From NCBI GenBank assembly GCA_964559365.1, contig CAZLGK010000002.1, positions 238-64,237 on the forward strand: a stretch of 64,000 bases of DNA, given 5' to 3'. Shown here in pieces: positions 46,152 to 56,150 of the stretch. The notes beneath the pieces are model-generated. The model did no database searches. It had not been told where the DNA came from and saw nothing but the letters and a program-made list of their open reading frames with translations. The position numbers and the translations under genes were made by a program. The number at the start of each line of letters is the position of its first letter. Position 1 is the stretch's first letter. Source of the stretch: an uncultured Flavobacterium sp. Its GTDB lineage: Bacteria; Bacteroidota; Bacteroidia; Flavobacteriales; Flavobacteriaceae.

Positions 46152-46886
46152 ATGGAAAAAGAAAATCAAATATTTGGAATTAGAGCAATAATTGAAGCTA
46201 TTGTTGCAGGTAAAGAAGTAGATAAAGTTTTCATTCAAAAAGATGCACAAAGTGATTTGATGCAAGAACTGATGAAAACAATGAAGAAAAACAACATTAA
46301 TTTTGTTTATGTTCCTGTTGAAAAACTAAACAGATTAACTTCTAAAAATCACCAAGGTGCTGTTGCAAGTATTTCACCTGTCTCTTTCCATGATTTAGAA
46401 ACATTGGTTACAGCTGTTTTAGAAAAAGAAAAAACACCTTTGTTTTTAATATTAGACCAATTGTCTGATGCTAGAAATTTTGGTGCAATTATAAGAACTG
46501 CAGAATGTACTGGAGTTGACGGAATTATCATTCAAAAACAAGGTTCTGCTCCTGTTAATGGAGACACAGTTAAAACTAGTGCTGGAGCAGTATTTAATGT
46601 GCCGATTTGCAAAGTAGATCATATTAAAGATGCTATTTTCTTTCTACAAGGAAGCGGAATAAAAACTGTGGCTGCAACTGAAAAAACCGACAATACTATT
46701 TACGACATATCACTTGCAGAGCCTACAGCAATTATTATGGGAAGTGAAGACCGTGGTGTAAACCCTTCAGTATTGAAAATCGTTGATGAAAAAGCAAAAC
46801 TACCCATGTATGGAACTATAGAATCATTAAATGTTTCTGTAGCTTGTGGCGCTTTTTTATATGAAACGGTAAGACAGAGGCAGTAA
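46152..46886 (+). CDS. rlmB: 23S rRNA Gm2251 2'-O-methyltransferase
   Basis: HQGAVA, DARNFGAIIRTA, GSEDRG, SLNVSVA SPOUT motifs. Confidence 0.95.
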   Translation: MEKENQIFGIRAIIEAIVAGKEVDKVFIQKDAQSDLMQELMKTMKKNNINFVYVPVEKLNRLTSKNHQGAVASISPVSFHDLETLVTAVLEKEKTPLFLILDQLSDARNFGAIIRTAECTGVDGIIIQKQGSAPVNGDTVKTSAGAVFNVPICKVDHIKDAIFFLQGSGIKTVAATEKTDNTIYDISLAEPTAIIMGSEDRGVNPSVLKIVDEKAKLPMYGTIESLNVSVACGAFLYETVRQRQ

Positions 46887-46923
46887 GTCTCAAAAAATAG
46901 GTTTCTATTTTAATTCATACTTT

Positions 46924-47424
46924 ATGAAAAAAACACTTTTTATTATAACTTTTCTATTCTCTTTTATTTCTTACAGTCAAAATGTAAGAACAATAAAAAC
47001 CAGTGAATATGAAATTTCGTTTCCAGAAAATTTAAAATTTGATGATTCTAAAACTAGAAACACGGAAATTATTATTTACATGGAAAAAGAAAATGAAAAA
47101 GATTTATTTATAGAAAATATCAATTTATTAATACAAGATTTAAAAGGGCACCAAATTGACTTCGATCAATATGTGAAAATTAGTAAAGATCAAGTTAAGA
47201 AAAATGGAAAGTTAATTGAATCTAAAAAAATAAACCTAAATAAAAATGAAGTACAAGTATTTATTTACGAAGCAAAACCTACAGGGAGAGCTCTTAAATT
47301 TTATCAATACTTATTAATTAAGAACAAGAAAGCTTTCATCCTAACTTATTCAGCAGAAGTTGAAAAATTTGATCTTTATTTCCAAGAAATAAATAAAATA
47401 TTCAATTCTTTTTCAGTGAAATAA
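46924..47424 (+). CDS. Exported hypothetical protein, PsbP/DcrB-like fold suspected
   Basis: Signal peptide; YEISFP, ENINLL, AFILTYSA, IFNSF pattern. Confidence 0.55.
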   Translation: MKKTLFIITFLFSFISYSQNVRTIKTSEYEISFPENLKFDDSKTRNTEIIIYMEKENEKDLFIENINLLIQDLKGHQIDFDQYVKISKDQVKKNGKLIESKKINLNKNEVQVFIYEAKPTGRALKFYQYLLIKNKKAFILTYSAEVEKFDLYFQEINKIFNSFSVK

Positions 47425-48180
47425 TTACTTCTTAATTCCAATAAAATTATAAATTACCTTTAAAGAAGTTGTAAAGTATTCCTTTACGACTTCTTCTGGT
47501 TTTGGCGGAGGATTAAATTTTCCTGTTTCGTCAAAGTTTTTAATAAATGGATCTAATTCAGGATTAAAATCAGGCTTTTCCCATTCATATAAAATTGGCT
47601 TTGCAAACTGAGGTGTTCGTAAAACTAATGCAAATGCTATTCCTGTTAAAAAACCACTTAAATGACCTTCCCAAGAAACAGCATCATCAACTTTTGGAAA
47701 CATGTACCAAACCATTCCACCATAAAACACAACAATTAGCAAAGACAAGGCAACTAATCGATAATATTTGGTAAAAATTCCTTTAAAAAACATAAAACTC
47801 ACCAAAGCATAAATTAATCCACTTGCTCCAATATGATAACTCGGTCTTCCTAACAACCACGTGCCTAAGCCTGAAAATACAATACCGAAGAAGAGAACCA
47901 CAAAGGATTGTTCTCTGTAAAAAAACCGCAGAGCAGCTAATAAAACCAATAATGCAAGAGAGTTATTTATTAAATGCTTTAAATCGCCATGTAAAAAAGC
48001 ACTGAAGAAAATTCCTTTTGCACCAAATGCTTCTCTTGGATAAACTCCATAATGCGAAAAGCTAATATGAAAATGTTTTTCTACCCAAAAAACAGTCCAT
48101 AGCAACAATACAAAGAGTAAAGGCAACAGCACAACTGATGGTGTAAAAACAAACGGATTTTCTATACTTGGTTTTTTCAT
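47425..48180 (-). CDS. Rhomboid-family intramembrane serine protease
   Basis: FLHGDLKHL, IGASG, SWEGHLSG. Confidence 0.92.
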   Translation of the reverse strand: MKKPSIENPFVFTPSVVLLPLLFVLLLWTVFWVEKHFHISFSHYGVYPREAFGAKGIFFSAFLHGDLKHLINNSLALLVLLAALRFFYREQSFVVLFFGIVFSGLGTWLLGRPSYHIGASGLIYALVSFMFFKGIFTKYYRLVALSLLIVVFYGGMVWYMFPKVDDAVSWEGHLSGFLTGIAFALVLRTPQFAKPILYEWEKPDFNPELDPFIKNFDETGKFNPPPKPEEVVKEYFTTSLKVIYNFIGIKK

Positions 48181-48305
48181 AATTAATTAATCTCAAAGAT
48201 AAGACCAAAAAAATTATTATGCTTTTTTGTCATGCATTATTAAAAGAGTATTTTCAAATCATCTTTATATTTTGCTGAGAAAATTAAAATATTTACATTT
48301 AAAAC

Positions 48306-48869
48306 ATGGAAATTTTAAGAAACATTTTAAATAAAAAAGTAGAAATTTCAGATACTGATTGGCTATTCATTTCAACTAAGCTTCAGTTGAAAGAATATAA
48401 AAAGAAAGAGTTTGTTACTTCAACAGATGCTATTGAAAATAAAATTTATTTTATTTTAGAAGGTGTGTTTCGCTTATTTATAGAACTTCCAGAAAAAGAC
48501 GTAACTATTGACTTTGGGTTTCCTGAAAGCTTTCTAAGCAGCTATTCATCCTTTTTAACACAAACTCCTAGCGTAGCATGTATTCAAAGCCTAACCAAAT
48601 CAAAAGTAATATACATTACAAAAGATGACTTACAAGAAATTTATAAAGTAACAAAAGCAGGAGAATCTATTGGAAGAATTTTTGCGGAAGAATTTTTTAG
48701 ATATAAATCAAAACGAGAATTAAGCTTCATGAAAGACTCGCCAACAGAACGTTATTTAAACTTATTTAAAGAACAACAAAACCTCATTCAAGAAATTCCA
48801 CAAAAATATCTTGCTTCATATATTGGTATTACTCCACAAGCTTTAAGTAGAATTCGAGCAAAAATTTAA
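48306..48869 (+). CDS. Crp/Fnr-family transcriptional regulator
   Basis: cNMP-type beta-roll; C-terminal ERY...IPQKYLASYIGITPQALSRIR HTH. Confidence 0.92.
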   Translation: MEILRNILNKKVEISDTDWLFISTKLQLKEYKKKEFVTSTDAIENKIYFILEGVFRLFIELPEKDVTIDFGFPESFLSSYSSFLTQTPSVACIQSLTKSKVIYITKDDLQEIYKVTKAGESIGRIFAEEFFRYKSKRELSFMKDSPTERYLNLFKEQQNLIQEIPQKYLASYIGITPQALSRIRAKI

Positions 48870-48884
48870 CTAAAATTGAATTTG

Positions 48885-48898
48885 TTAACCCAAGTTCA
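48885..48898 (+). promoter_or_regulatory. Candidate Crp-family operator TTAAC-N4-GTTCA upstream of yiaA
   Basis: Near-palindrome just after the crp stop, 23 nt upstream of a degenerate -7 element TTTCTTTG (48922-48929). Confidence 0.5.
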
Positions 48899-48954
48899 TT
48901 GTTTCGGCTTCCACTTCTTATTTTCTTTGCTTTAGAAATTTAAATCTAGAAATC

Positions 48955-49425
48955 ATGGAAACAAATCAATTAAGCAATTCGGAAGTAATGAACACAAAAA
49001 CGAAAGAAATTTTAATAATGCAAAAGCCTACAAGTGCTTTTATTGGCGCAGCGTGGTTTACATTATTAATAGGAATGGTTTCCTATTGTATTGGACTTTG
49101 GAACGCGCAAATGCAACTAAATGAAAAAGGATATTATTTTACAATTTTATTATTTGGACTTTTCTCAGTAATTTCTGTTCAAAAATCTGTTCGAGATAGA
49201 GATGAAGGAATACCAGTTACTGACATGTATTATGGTATTAGTTGGTTTACCACTATTTCGTCAATCACACTATTAATTATTGGGCTTTGGAATGCTGATT
49301 TAGAATTAAGCGAAAAAGGATTTTATGGCATGTCTTTTTTATTGAGTTTATTTTCTGCAATAACAGTCCAAAAAAACACGCGTGATTTACTACTTGCAAA
49401 TACTTCAGAAAAATATAAAGACTAA
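48955..49425 (+). CDS. yiaA: Inner membrane protein YiaA (two YiaAB domains)
   Basis: Duplicated IGLWNA...EKGYY/EKGFY...VQK..RD. Confidence 0.93.
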   Translation: METNQLSNSEVMNTKTKEILIMQKPTSAFIGAAWFTLLIGMVSYCIGLWNAQMQLNEKGYYFTILLFGLFSVISVQKSVRDRDEGIPVTDMYYGISWFTTISSITLLIIGLWNADLELSEKGFYGMSFLLSLFSAITVQKNTRDLLLANTSEKYKD

Positions 49426-49440
49426 TCATTTAAATTATCT

Positions 49441-49476
49441 AAAAAAGGCTTGAAAATAAAATTTCAAGCCTTTTTT
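49441..49476 (+). terminator. Intrinsic terminator after yiaA
   Basis: AAAAAAGGCTTGAAA-ATAAAA-TTTCAAGCCTTTTTT. Confidence 0.85.
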
Positions 49477-49512
49477 AATATAGTTAAAAATGAAAAAATG
49501 TAATTTTACAAA

Positions 49513-50790
49513 ATGGAAGCACCGTTAGCAGAAAGAATTAGACCTAAAAATTTATCGGAATACGTAAGTCAGTTGCATTTAGTAGGTGAACAAGGTTCGT
49601 TAACACATCAAATTGCAAAAGGAATAATTCCAAGTTTAATTTTATGGGGACCACCTGGAACCGGAAAAACTACTTTAGCCCAAATAATGGCCGAAGAGAG
49701 TAAGCGACCATTTTATATTTTAAGCGCCATAAATAGTGGTGTAAAAGACATTAGAGAAGTACTGGATAAAGCCAAACAAAGCGGCGGAATGTTTACGGCT
49801 AAGAATCCTATTTTATTTATCGATGAGATTCATCGTTTTAGTAAATCGCAACAAGATTCTTTACTTGCTGCAGTTGAAAAAGGCTGGGTGACATTAATAG
49901 GCGCAACTACAGAAAATCCAAGTTTTGAAGTCATTCCCGCTCTATTGTCAAGATGTCAAGTTTATGTATTGAATCCGTTTTCGAAAGATGATTTAGAAGC
50001 ATTATTACACCGAGCAATTGCTACTGACAAATATTTACAAACCAAACAAATTGAATTAAAAGAAACCGAAGCCCTTTTAAGATTGTCTGGTGGTGACGGA
50101 AGAAAGCTATTGAATGTTTTTGAATTAGTAATCAACGCAACTGAAGAAGATTCTATTGTTATTACCAATGAAAAAGTAATGCATTTAGCTCAAAAAAACA
50201 CGGTCTTATACGATAAAACAGGTGAGCAACATTATGATATTGTTTCTGCTTTTATAAAATCGATACGAGGAAGCGACCCTAATGGTGCGGTTTATTGGTT
50301 AGCTAGAATGATTGAAGGTGGCGAAGATGTAAAATTTATAGCTCGAAGATTATTAATTTTAGCTAGTGAAGACATTGGAAATGCCAATCCAACTGCTTTA
50401 ATTATGGCAAATAATACGTTTCAAGCTGTAACAACCATTGGCTATCCTGAAAGCAGAATTATTTTGAGTCAGTGTGCTATATATTTAGCGAGTTCAGCAA
50501 AAAGTAATGCCAGTTATATAGCAATTGGCAAAGCACAACAATTGGTGAAACAAACTGGCAATTTACCTGTTCCTTTACATTTACGAAACGCGCCAACCAA
50601 ATTAATGAAAGAATTAGGTTATGGAGACGAATATAAATATTCCCACGATTATGCTAATAATTTTATAGAGCAAGAATTCTTGCCTAATGAAGTTTCTGAA
50701 ACTAAATTCTTTGAACCAGGCGACAATGCACGTGAAAGAGAATTACGTACGTTTTTAAAAAATAGATGGAAGGATAAATATGGATATTAA
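49513..50790 (+). CDS. rarA: Replication-associated recombination protein A (MgsA)
   Basis: [38 protein letters not shown]. Confidence 0.97.
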   Translation: MEAPLAERIRPKNLSEYVSQLHLVGEQGSLTHQIAKGIIPSLILWGPPGTGKTTLAQIMAEESKRPFYILSAINSGVKDIREVLDKAKQSGGMFTAKNPILFIDEIHRFSKSQQDSLLAAVEKGWVTLIGATTENPSFEVIPALLSRCQVYVLNPFSKDDLEALLHRAIATDKYLQTKQIELKETEALLRLSGGDGRKLLNVFELVINATEEDSIVITNEKVMHLAQKNTVLYDKTGEQHYDIVSAFIKSIRGSDPNGAVYWLARMIEGGEDVKFIARRLLILASEDIGNANPTALIMANNTFQAVTTIGYPESRIILSQCAIYLASSAKSNASYIAIGKAQQLVKQTGNLPVPLHLRNAPTKLMKELGYGDEYKYSHDYANNFIEQEFLPNEVSETKFFEPGDNARERELRTFLKNRWKDKYGY

Positions 50791-50811
50791 TTTAGCCCAA
50801 AGGACTATAGT

Positions 50812-51549
50812 TTAAAACTTAACTTCAACTTTTTCAGAAACTAAAGTATCGTTTTTATAATACTCAAAAAACCAACCGTTCATTTTCTTAATAAAAACAC
50901 CTTTTACTTCTCCTTTTGAAGCAATAAAAACAGAATCATTTGAAGTAGCGTATATTAAGTAAACTACTGATGGTGTATTGTCTACAATTTTATACCCGTT
51001 TGAAATAGGAAGCGCATAAAGTGAACCTTCTTTATTTATTTCCACTTGAGTTTTTAAAGATTTTTGTTCAATACTAAAAGCAACTTCTTTATCAGTCTTT
51101 TCTATTATCTCAATTCCTTTATTAGTCTTTGGCTTTTTTATATTTAAACTCCCTCTCATTGAAGTAAGAGCCATTCTTAAAGCCTCATTGTATGATTTAT
51201 TAAAATCTTTTTCCCTACTATTACCTTGAATGCTTTTAAGAAGAATATTATTCTGACAATCCATCAAAACCACTTCTAGTTTTCTAACAAAAACACTATT
51301 ATTTTCTAGAACATCTACAAACATTGCATTACAACGATTAGTGGCAATTTCTTTTGACAAATAATCCTCAGCATAATATACTATGAAACCCTCTGTCTCA
51401 AAAAAAGATTTTGTCAAAGAATTTAAATTGAATTTATTTTCATCATTTAAAAATGAATACTTCTTTGGAATAATTACTACCTCATAATCTGATTGAGCTG
51501 TAACACTAATTGCAAACAAAACTGTTATAATAAATAATATTTTTTTCAT
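50812..51549 (-). CDS. Exported hypothetical protein
   Basis: 245-aa ORF with signal peptide; last gene of the minus-strand run. Confidence 0.7.
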   Translation of the reverse strand: MKKILFIITVLFAISVTAQSDYEVVIIPKKYSFLNDENKFNLNSLTKSFFETEGFIVYYAEDYLSKEIATNRCNAMFVDVLENNSVFVRKLEVVLMDCQNNILLKSIQGNSREKDFNKSYNEALRMALTSMRGSLNIKKPKTNKGIEIIEKTDKEVAFSIEQKSLKTQVEINKEGSLYALPISNGYKIVDNTPSVVYLIYATSNDSVFIASKGEVKGVFIKKMNGWFFEYYKNDTLVSEKVEVKF

Positions 51550-51550
51550 G

Positions 51551-52243
51551 CTATAATATGTTTTTTAATTCAAGTAAATGATTGACTTGATGTATCTGTT
51601 TTTGAATGTTAGTGTTTTGCTCGTTAAAGTAAACAGCATCAATTCCATAACTTAAGGCTCCTTCTATATCTGCTTCCAAGCTATCTCCTATCATAACACT
51701 TTCCTCCTTTGTAGCTTTAGCCAAAGATAGTGCAAATTCAAATATATTTGGATGTGGTTTTTTTACTCCAGCCATTTCTGAATTGGTAATGGTTTGAAAA
51801 AAATGATCAATCTTTGAATTTTTTAATTTCCTTCCTTGCACCTCACCAAACCCATTTGTAATTATATGTAAATGATAATGTTCTTTTAAATAACTTAGCA
51901 CCTCAAAAGCTCCATCAAACAATAAATTATTATCGGGCAAATGATTGATGTAATCAACTGAAAGTTGATGAATCATTTCGTCTGCAATTTCAAAGTTTAA
52001 AACATCAAAAACATCTTTTAAACGGTAAAAGCGTAAATCTTCATGAGAAATCTTATTTACTTGATACAATTTCCAGTAATAGTGATTTCTTGGAATATAA
52101 TACTCAAGAAATTGGACAACACTAATCTCTAAATTATGTTTCTTAAAAATTACATCAAATGCGAATGCAGAATTTTTATCAAAATCCCAAAGCGTATGAT
52201 CTAAATCAAAAAATATATGTTTTTTATGTTGAAAAACTTTCAA
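51551..52243 (-). CDS. yjjG: YjjG-family HAD noncanonical pyrimidine nucleotidase
   Basis: FFDLDHTLWDF, ITNG, KKP, IGDSLEADI; TTG start. Confidence 0.9.
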   Translation of the reverse strand: MKVFQHKKHIFFDLDHTLWDFDKNSAFAFDVIFKKHNLEISVVQFLEYYIPRNHYYWKLYQVNKISHEDLRFYRLKDVFDVLNFEIADEMIHQLSVDYINHLPDNNLLFDGAFEVLSYLKEHYHLHIITNGFGEVQGRKLKNSKIDHFFQTITNSEMAGVKKPHPNIFEFALSLAKATKEESVMIGDSLEADIEGALSYGIDAVYFNEQNTNIQKQIHQVNHLLELKNIL

Positions 52244-52251
52244 AGAACAAG

Positions 52252-52737
52252 TTATTTACCAGCTGTAATTATTGCATTTTCAACATGATAAATCCAATCT
52301 TCAACGTCTTTATCGTTGTAACGAAATGTTCCTTTTAAAGTAACGTATTGATCCGTTTTCAATTTAGGTAAATCTCCTTTAAATTTAATTCCCATTATTG
52401 TTTCTGGACCTGACTTCCCACAGAAAAAACAAGCAGCAAATACATTTTTACTTATAGCATAGTTTTTGTTATCTATAGGAATTATAAATCCGCTGATTAC
52501 TATTGACTTTCCTTGCATTGACTTTAACTTTGGGTTAATTACAGGAAACATTACTTCACCGTATAATTTATCTGGTTTTTTTAAATAATCTATTTTACCT
52601 AATAATGTCCACGTTAAAGTATCTGCATAAACAGAAGTTGAAACTTTTTTAAATGTAGATTTATTGTCTTTAGTATTGAAACTAAATAATGTAATTGCAA
52701 TTAATAATGCAAGTGAAAATTTTAATGTATTACGCAT
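52252..52737 (-). CDS. DUF3299-like exported protein
   Basis: Signal peptide; TW..L, ISGFIIP, ACFFCG; translationally coupled to the ABC permease. Confidence 0.7.
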   Translation of the reverse strand: MRNTLKFSLALLIAITLFSFNTKDNKSTFKKVSTSVYADTLTWTLLGKIDYLKKPDKLYGEVMFPVINPKLKSMQGKSIVISGFIIPIDNKNYAISKNVFAACFFCGKSGPETIMGIKFKGDLPKLKTDQYVTLKGTFRYNDKDVEDWIYHVENAIITAGK

Positions 52738-53983
52738 TTGCTAATGTTTTTGATATGTTTAAATTATATGCTTTTATCGCAGGTATTAAAGCTGCTATTA
52801 TACCTACAGATATAGTTAATAAAAATAACACTCCTTCTTTCTCCCAAATAAATTCATATGGATTAAAACTTAGTTTAAAATCCTCTTCAGATGAATTTGA
52901 AATTAATATCAATGCTACTCTTCCCAAAACCGTACCAAAGATAAATCCAACAACACAAAGCAACAAACTTTCAATCATTATTAGTTTCAAAAGTTGTAAT
53001 CTTTTTGCTCCGTTTACTCGTAAAAGCGCAAATTCATCTTTTCTTTCTTTTAAAGTATTGAATAAGGCAATAAAGATTGATATTCCAGAAATTAACATAA
53101 TTCCATAGGCTAAATATCGAAGTCCATTGATCCCAACACCAAATAAGTTAATCAATCTATTTATTTCTAAAGCAGGTGAAGCTGCTTGCATTTTTGTGTT
53201 TTGAGGAATAAGTCGTTGCCAAGTTAATTTTGCCATAGGATTTCTAATCTGTAATAATACAGCAGTAATGTCCATTCCTTTTTTATCTAAAGTAAAATCC
53301 TCAGCATGATGTTCTTCTCCTTCTTCATGCACATGTCCTTCTTCCCCATGCGCTGGATTTTCATTACCATGATCGCCGTGCATTTGCCAAACACTTGGAA
53401 TAGTACACAAGATTAAATTATCAACAACCTTGCCAGTTAGATCAGTTATACCTACAACCTTATAGGCATATTGATCATGAACTTCTCCTTCAGCAGCATC
53501 ACCATGCGAGCCAAAAAATTCATCTCCCAACTTTAAATTCAGTTTTTTAGCAATTTCAGCACCAATGACTACTTCAAAATTATTTTCGAAAATTTTTCCT
53601 TGAGCGATTTTAGCTTCATATTTTTGCAAATAATCTGAGGTTGTTCCTAATATTTTATAACCTCGATAATTGTCTCCAAAAGCAAGTGGAATTGCCCTTT
53701 TCACAAATGGATGTTGCATCCAAACTTTTGCAGAATCGTAACTTATATTTCCTGTTGGCGCATCAACTTGATAAACTGAAGAAAGTATTAATTGCAATGG
53801 ACTTCCTTGAGCTCCTAATACTAAATCTACTCCATCAATATTATTTGTGAATTTTTCTTCAAATTGTTTTTCAAGTAAAACCAAAACAGTAATAATAGCA
53901 ACACTTGAAGTTAACAATATTATACTTAAAATAGTATTCAATGGTTTAAACCAAATATTTTTCCATGCTAATTTTGTAATCAT
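52730..53983 (-). CDS. MacB/FtsX-type ABC permease with His/Glu-rich insert
   Basis: DLVLGAQGSPLQLILSSVY, ERKDEFALLRVNGA; 4 TMs. Confidence 0.88.
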   Translation of the reverse strand: MITKLAWKNIWFKPLNTILSIILLTSSVAIITVLVLLEKQFEEKFTNNIDGVDLVLGAQGSPLQLILSSVYQVDAPTGNISYDSAKVWMQHPFVKRAIPLAFGDNYRGYKILGTTSDYLQKYEAKIAQGKIFENNFEVVIGAEIAKKLNLKLGDEFFGSHGDAAEGEVHDQYAYKVVGITDLTGKVVDNLILCTIPSVWQMHGDHGNENPAHGEEGHVHEEGEEHHAEDFTLDKKGMDITAVLLQIRNPMAKLTWQRLIPQNTKMQAASPALEINRLINLFGVGINGLRYLAYGIMLISGISIFIALFNTLKERKDEFALLRVNGAKRLQLLKLIMIESLLLCVVGFIFGTVLGRVALILISNSSEEDFKLSFNPYEFIWEKEGVLFLLTISVGIIAALIPAIKAYNLNISKTLANA

Positions 53984-53984
53984 C

Positions 53985-54617
53985 TTACACTAAAGTTATT
54001 TGGTTAATAAATTTTTCTTTAATTCGGCTATCGTGTGTTACAATAATTAAAGCCGCTTTATATTCTTTAGACAAACTTGTAAGCAATTCTATTACTTTTT
54101 CAGCGTTTTTGTCATCTAAACTTGATGTTGGCTCATCTGCTAAAAGAACTTTTGGTTCATTCATCAAGGCTCTTGCAATAGAAACACGTTGTTGCTGACC
54201 AATGCTCAATTGACTTGGAATTTTATTTTCTTGACTCTTAATATCTAATTGTTCTAAAAGTTTTTTTGCTCTAGTTGTATTTTTTTTACCTGTTGCCAAC
54301 CAACTAGCCATTTCTAGATTTTCTAAAACAGTTAAAGAAGAAATAAAATGTGACTTTTGAAAAACCAATCCAATATTTTGACCTCTAAATTTATCGTTCT
54401 TTCCTTCGCTTAACGCAACAATATCTGTCCCATCAATAAGAATTTTTCCTGTAGATGGTTTTAATAAGCCAGCAAGAATATGCAAATAAGTAGTTTTCCC
54501 TTTACCAGAATCACCAGTTATTAAGATTGTACTTCCAGCAGAACAATACAAATCAGGCAAAATAAAAGATTGCTCTTTATTGTATGAAAAAGTAATATTT
54601 TCGGCACTTATAATCAT
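53985..54617 (-). CDS. ABC transporter ATP-binding protein (LolD-like)
   Basis: GDSGKGKTT, LSIGQQQR, LLADEPT, VTH. Confidence 0.93.
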   Translation of the reverse strand: MIISAENITFSYNKEQSFILPDLYCSAGSTILITGDSGKGKTTYLHILAGLLKPSTGKILIDGTDIVALSEGKNDKFRGQNIGLVFQKSHFISSLTVLENLEMASWLATGKKNTTRAKKLLEQLDIKSQENKIPSQLSIGQQQRVSIARALMNEPKVLLADEPTSSLDDKNAEKVIELLTSLSKEYKAALIIVTHDSRIKEKFINQITLV

Positions 54618-54683
54618 TTGATAAGCTAATTTATAATAAGTTGCAATATAGGGAATTGAAAAGATATTATTTCTTAAACTTTT

Positions 54684-55367
54684 CTAAAAAATTCCTTCAT
54701 CTGCAAAACTAAAATAACTGTGTTCGGTAATTATTACATGGTCTAGAATTTGAATATCCAAACTCCTTCCTGCTTCTTTTAATTTCTTCGTAATTTGAAT
54801 ATCTGCATCACTAGCTTGTAATTTCCCAGAAGGATGATTATGTGATAAAATAATAGAAGTAGCATTATGCTCTAAAGCCATTTTGAATACAATTCGACTA
54901 TCGACAAGAGTTCCCGTAATTCCACCTTTACTTATTTGCGATTTGTAAATTACTTTATTTGAATTATTAAGGTATAAAACCCAAAATTCCTCATGAGGTA
55001 ATTCTCCAATAATGGGTTGCATAATTTCAAAAACTGCTTTGCTTGAAGAAATTTTAGATAACTCAACTGTTTCTTCAACTCTACGTCTTCTTCCTAACTC
55101 TAAAGCTGCAGCAATAGAAATAGCTTTTGCTTCTCCAATTCCTTTGAATTGAATTAATTGTTGAACAGAAAGTTTACCAAGAAGATTAAGATTGTTATTT
55201 GTAGATGCTAAAATGCGTTGGCAAAGTTGCACGGCACTTTCATTTCGAGATCCAGAACCTATAAGAATTGCAAGTAATTCTGAATCTGATAAAGTAGATT
55301 TACCTTTTAGTAGGAATTTTTCACGTGGTCGATCATCCTCGGCCCACTGATTAATTGGCGTGTACAT
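54684..55367 (-). CDS. radC: RadC/JAB-domain protein
   Basis: DRPREK, GIGEAKA, HNHPSG...SDAD, DHVII. Confidence 0.95.
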   Translation of the reverse strand: MYTPINQWAEDDRPREKFLLKGKSTLSDSELLAILIGSGSRNESAVQLCQRILASTNNNLNLLGKLSVQQLIQFKGIGEAKAISIAAALELGRRRRVEETVELSKISSSKAVFEIMQPIIGELPHEEFWVLYLNNSNKVIYKSQISKGGITGTLVDSRIVFKMALEHNATSIILSHNHPSGKLQASDADIQITKKLKEAGRSLDIQILDHVIITEHSYFSFADEGIF

Positions 55368-55466
55368 AAAAATTTATTTTGGCGTTTAAAAAGCCAAAGT
55401 AAATTCTTTTTTTAATACGTTCAAAATAAATGTGTTGAAAAATACGTTTAGAAAAGAAACAACTAT

Positions 55467-56138
55467 ATGAAAATGCATTTTGCCTTTCTTTTTATTCCGC
55501 TTTTATTTTGTTGCCAAAAAGAGCAATCACTACCTACTGATATTAACAATGTAACAATTAACAATATTACAGTAACAGAGCAAAGAATTAAACCAATTGA
55601 AAAGCTAATTGACTTTTATCAAAAACTTTCTAATGCAGCAATATCTATTATTGACCCTGAAATAGTTTACACGCCAGCTTATGTTGCCATAAAATATCCA
55701 AATGGAGATGTTCCACCAAAAACAGGGGTTTGTACTGATGTTATTATTCGTGCATACAGAAAACTTGATATTGATTTACAAAAAGAAGTGCATGAAGACA
55801 TGAAATCAAATTTTTCAAAATATCATAACCTAAAAAAATGGGGTTTAAAAACTACCGACAAAAACATTGACCATAGAAGAGTCCCTAATTTGGAAGTTTT
55901 TTTTGAAAGAAAAGGAGAGAAATTGCCCATATCAGACAATCCTAATGATTACAAAACAGGTGAGATTGTTTCTTGGCTTTTAACAGGTGATGCAATTCCT
56001 CATATTGGAATTATTACTCATGTAAAATCTAAAGACGGCAAAAGACCAATGATTGTTCACAATATAGGTAGCGGACAAGTTTTAGAAGATTGTTTACTGA
56101 ATTGGAAAATTGTTGGGCATTTTAAATACAAAAAGTAA
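55467..56138 (+). CDS. DUF1287 (YijF-like) lipoprotein, NlpC/P60-like fold
   Basis: Lipobox-like LLFCC; YPNGDVP, GVCTDVIIRAYR, DKNIDHRRVPNL, HIGI. Confidence 0.85.
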   Translation: MKMHFAFLFIPLLFCCQKEQSLPTDINNVTINNITVTEQRIKPIEKLIDFYQKLSNAAISIIDPEIVYTPAYVAIKYPNGDVPPKTGVCTDVIIRAYRKLDIDLQKEVHEDMKSNFSKYHNLKKWGLKTTDKNIDHRRVPNLEVFFERKGEKLPISDNPNDYKTGEIVSWLLTGDAIPHIGIITHVKSKDGKRPMIVHNIGSGQVLEDCLLNWKIVGHFKYKK

Positions 56139-56150
56139 GCCTTGCCATAA

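Noticed and set aside
54684-55367. radC as a mobile-element marker
   Set aside because: Full-length chromosomal type with N-terminal HhH region, uninterrupted, with no integrase or att-like repeats nearby
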